Positions 61,123 through 64,000 of a DNA stretch of 64,000 bases are shown here, in pieces; positions within the stretch are counted from its first letter, which is position 1, and each line of letters starts with the position of its first letter. Both the position numbers and the translations under genes were made by a program. The notes under the pieces are model-generated. The model was not told the DNA's origin, made no database searches, and saw only the letters and a program-made list of their open reading frames with translations. Where the stretch lies: positions 3,200,001-3,264,000 of the forward strand of contig OZ220744.1 of NCBI GenBank assembly GCA_965116925.1. The letters are read 5' to 3'. The DNA is from Candidatus Poribacteria bacterium. Lineage in GTDB: Bacteria; Poribacteria; WGA-4E; PCPOR2b.

Positions 61123-62139
61123 TTACCTCTTCTCCATGAATGCCGGAACATCAACACATTCCCCATTTCGACGCGCAGACTCCCAACCTGCAAGCACCGG
61201 GGCTAAAGAGAAAAGCCCATCGTGATAGTCGTTTAGCAATAGGCTAGGATTGTTGGTACGCACGGCTTCGATGAAAATGCGGTCCTGCTCAAACCACGGA
61301 TCGAATTCCTCCGCTTGATAGACCGTTTCGCCGTTGACCTCAATCGAGTCATAGCCGTAGACCGCCAAATGCCCACCTTCATAGAAGATGGTAAACCACG
61401 GTTCCGCCCGAAAACTGGGCGCGGCTGAAATGAAGGTCAGTGTCATCGTCGCTCCGTTGGAGAGACAATAATTGAAAGAAGAGGTCAGCGGGTTGTGATA
61501 CGACGGTCGCTGGCAGTAGAACGCTTGCGCTCGATCAACGTTCAAGCCTGTCATAAAACGTGTGTAGTCTGTCGCGTGGACACCCCAATCCAACGCCTGC
61601 CCACCCGATTTCTCCATATCAGACCACCAAGAATCCTTTTGCGATCCTGTTGGGGTCGCAGGGAGTCCACTAACGCTCTGGAATCGGACGTGGACAATTT
61701 TCTGCCCCTCCAGACGTTTACGCGCCTCCTGAAAAATGGGGCGATACCGTTCCCGAAAACAGACCGTGCTAATCACACCGGCACTCCGAACCGCATCGTC
61801 AATCCTGTGGGCAACCTCCATCGTCAACGCCTGCGGCTTCTCGCTGAAGATATGAATCCCTTTTGTAGCGGCGGTCGCCTCAACATTTGTGCGTGCATAC
61901 GCCGGAACAACAGAGTAAAGCGCGTCCATATCTTCGTTATCCAGCATCTCGTGTCCGTCAGAATAGGCTTTGGCGATATTGAACGCTTCAGCCGTTGACT
62001 TGAGCGACTCTGGGTTGCTATCGCAGATAGCGACAATTTCAACGCCATCCAGTTTCAGCAGGTTCGGGATATGAGTCCGATTCGCCCAAGACCCGCAGCC
62101 ATAAATTCCGATACGAATCTTGCTATCCGTTGAAGCCAT
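61123..62139 (-). CDS. Gfo/Idh/MocA family oxidoreductase
   Basis: GIYGCG, HIFSEKP, SGGQALDWGVHATD. Confidence 0.9.
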   Translation of the reverse strand: MASTDSKIRIGIYGCGSWANRTHIPNLLKLDGVEIVAICDSNPESLKSTAEAFNIAKAYSDGHEMLDNEDMDALYSVVPAYARTNVEATAATKGIHIFSEKPQALTMEVAHRIDDAVRSAGVISTVCFRERYRPIFQEARKRLEGQKIVHVRFQSVSGLPATPTGSQKDSWWSDMEKSGGQALDWGVHATDYTRFMTGLNVDRAQAFYCQRPSYHNPLTSSFNYCLSNGATMTLTFISAAPSFRAEPWFTIFYEGGHLAVYGYDSIEVNGETVYQAEEFDPWFEQDRIFIEAVRTNNPSLLLNDYHDGLFSLAPVLAGWESARRNGECVDVPAFMEKR

Positions 62140-62377
62140 GAAAAGATTTCCTCCACTATGCCAGTTCGATTGAGTTCACGACCAAGTATACCCCATCTTT
62201 GAGCTGCACTCAAGAGGATTGTGCATATAGGCACTTTCTCTTACCTTTTCTTGTTTCTCTACGCTTGACGGAGTTTGTGTTGGATGATATGATTTTAAGC
62301 AATTTATAACAGACGTTATTGAATATGCGATTTTTAATACCATTTGTTTGAAATGCTAGGGGAGCAGGAGATTAACA

Positions 62378-63376
62378 GTGGAATCTTACGAAAGAGATGG
62401 AGTCATTATACATGCTGGGAATTCTCTCAATTTGTACTCGAAATGGGAATCTCCGGTTGTAATTATTTCCGACGGTCCCTATGGCGTGGGCGGTTACCGT
62501 GGCGACCCACCAACGTCAGAATGTTTGCGCGAATGGTACAAACCACACATAGAGAAGTGGAGTGAATATTCGACACCTATGACGACACTCTGGTTCTGGA
62601 ATACGGAAATAGGTTGGGCGAACGTTCACCCGACTTTAGTAGAACACGGTTGGGAATACAGAAATTGTCATATATGGGATAAAGGAATAGCACATATCGC
62701 CGGTAATTCAAACAGTAAAACGCTCAGAAAATTTCCTGTCGTGACCGAAGTGTGTGTGCAGTATACCAAGAAAGCCTTTTTCAACGCAGATGGCAGCCAG
62801 ATGGATATGCAGCAATGGCTTCGCTACGAATGGGAGCGAACTGGACTTCCCCTCTATAAAACGAATGAGGCTTGCGGCGTAAGAAATGCAGCGACAAGGA
62901 AGTATTTTACAAAAGACCATCTTTGGTACTACCCACCGCCTGAAGCATTTGAAAAAATTGTTGAATATGCTAACAGATACGGGAGTGAAGATGGAAAACC
63001 CTACTTTTCGCTAGATGGTCAAAAACCCATTGCAGGCAAAGAATGGACGAAGTTAAGAAGTAAATTTTACTGTGAAAACGGGATCACAAACGTTTGGCGA
63101 GAACCAGCAGTGCGAGGGAGTGAACGTCTAAAAAAAGAATATAAGTCCATACATAATAATCAAAAACCCTTGAAACTCATTAGTTTATGTATACGGTCGA
63201 GCAGCGATGTCGATGATGTAATTTGGGAACCTTTCGGCGGGCTGTGTTCGGCTGCTATATCTTCACATGAACTTGAACGTAGGTGTTATGCTGCTGAAAT
63301 CAATGATGAATACTTTAAGCAGGCTGTTGAGAGGCTAAAAAATTACGACATTTATCAGGAGTTGGGGTTTATATAA
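62378..63376 (+). CDS. N4/N6 DNA methyltransferase (beta motif order)
   Basis: Motif IV variant SDGPY near the N-terminus; H.NQKP and motif I variant WEPFGG near the C-terminus. Confidence 0.88.
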   Translation: MESYERDGVIIHAGNSLNLYSKWESPVVIISDGPYGVGGYRGDPPTSECLREWYKPHIEKWSEYSTPMTTLWFWNTEIGWANVHPTLVEHGWEYRNCHIWDKGIAHIAGNSNSKTLRKFPVVTEVCVQYTKKAFFNADGSQMDMQQWLRYEWERTGLPLYKTNEACGVRNAATRKYFTKDHLWYYPPPEAFEKIVEYANRYGSEDGKPYFSLDGQKPIAGKEWTKLRSKFYCENGITNVWREPAVRGSERLKKEYKSIHNNQKPLKLISLCIRSSSDVDDVIWEPFGGLCSAAISSHELERRCYAAEINDEYFKQAVERLKNYDIYQELGFI

Positions 63377-63378
63377 TC

Positions 63379-64000
63379 ATGGCGGCTCTATTTGAATCGG
63401 AACCTGAAAGAAATCCACCTGACGAAAATTGGTTCGGGTATGAAGTATATCAAAGGGTACGAGAAGCACTGTTCGCACTACCAACTTACTTCAAATCAGA
63501 TACTTCGATAGAGGGGATACTGGCTACGGATATTTTCACTCTAAATGCAGCATTTGGCGCCACTATAGAGGATCAAGTCGTTTCAACACTGAACCAGATG
63601 AGAGAAGTTTGGGATCCGGATGAGAAATATACGTTTTATAGATTTGTCAGACAACCACAAACTTTTCCAGATGTTTTATTAAAAAGGGACACGAATGAAG
63701 ATGGATCGCTGAACGAAGAAATTCTCTTAGGTATTGAGTTGAAAAGTTGGTACTTACTGGCAAAGGAAGGAGAGCCCAGCTTTAGATTTCAAGTAACACC
63801 TGATGCGTGTGCCAATCAAGATTTGATAGTAGTGATCCCGTGGGCACTGAATAACGTAATTTCAGGATATCCCAAGATATTTGCACCTTATGTAGAATTA
63901 GCAAGGTATGCAGCAGAATACCGAAATTATCACTGGCAATACATTCGGAAGACTAGCTCACGGACGGAGATAATCATTGCTGAAAGTGTTTCACCCTACC
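63379..64000 (+). CDS. putative PD-(D/E)xK restriction endonuclease, truncated by the window end
   Basis: Open frame from ATG 63379 (2 bp after the MTase stop) to the end; QTFPDVLL...GIELKSW; absent from the ORF track because no stop is reached. Confidence 0.75.
   Translation, partial: MAALFESEPERNPPDENWFGYEVYQRVREALFALPTYFKSDTSIEGILATDIFTLNAAFGATIEDQVVSTLNQMREVWDPDEKYTFYRFVRQPQTFPDVLLKRDTNEDGSLNEEILLGIELKSWYLLAKEGEPSFRFQVTPDACANQDLIVVIPWALNNVISGYPKIFAPYVELARYAAEYRNYHWQYIRKTSSRTEIIIAESVSPY

Overview
A 64-kb bacterial chromosomal segment of moderate GC, probably from Candidatus Poribacteria or a relative. That assignment is an inference from the repeated C-terminal 'LLxNxPNPFNPETWIPYQL...RKMxIxK' module, a 'PV..G...TxWGxLK' tail, several PhyH dioxygenases, an ECF sigma factor with a TM extension and a microcompartment-type aldehyde dehydrogenase. 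About 42 CDSs are present. Most are catabolic or redox enzymes and secreted proteins, including three tandem paralogous repeat-propeller proteins. The window also holds an intact IS630 element, a PAS-PAS sigma54 activator and, at the right end, a type II-like methyltransferase plus nuclease pair. No rRNA, tRNA, cas gene or true CRISPR array was recognised. The most striking features are non-coding. (1) A sigma54 promoter with three TGT-N11-ACA enhancer boxes beside the activator gene appears to drive a ~115-nt structured RNA that starts at the predicted +1. (2) Intergenic DNA is filled with GTAG-led palindromes (REP-like, with compensatory changes) carried inside at least five families of non-autonomous TIR elements. 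Several of these have clear target-site duplications and nest inside each other, and one family shares its ends with the resident IS630. (3) Two dispersed element types have constant arms around unique cores of nearly fixed length (24 nt and 73-75 nt). All calls come from reading the sequence; no database searches were run.
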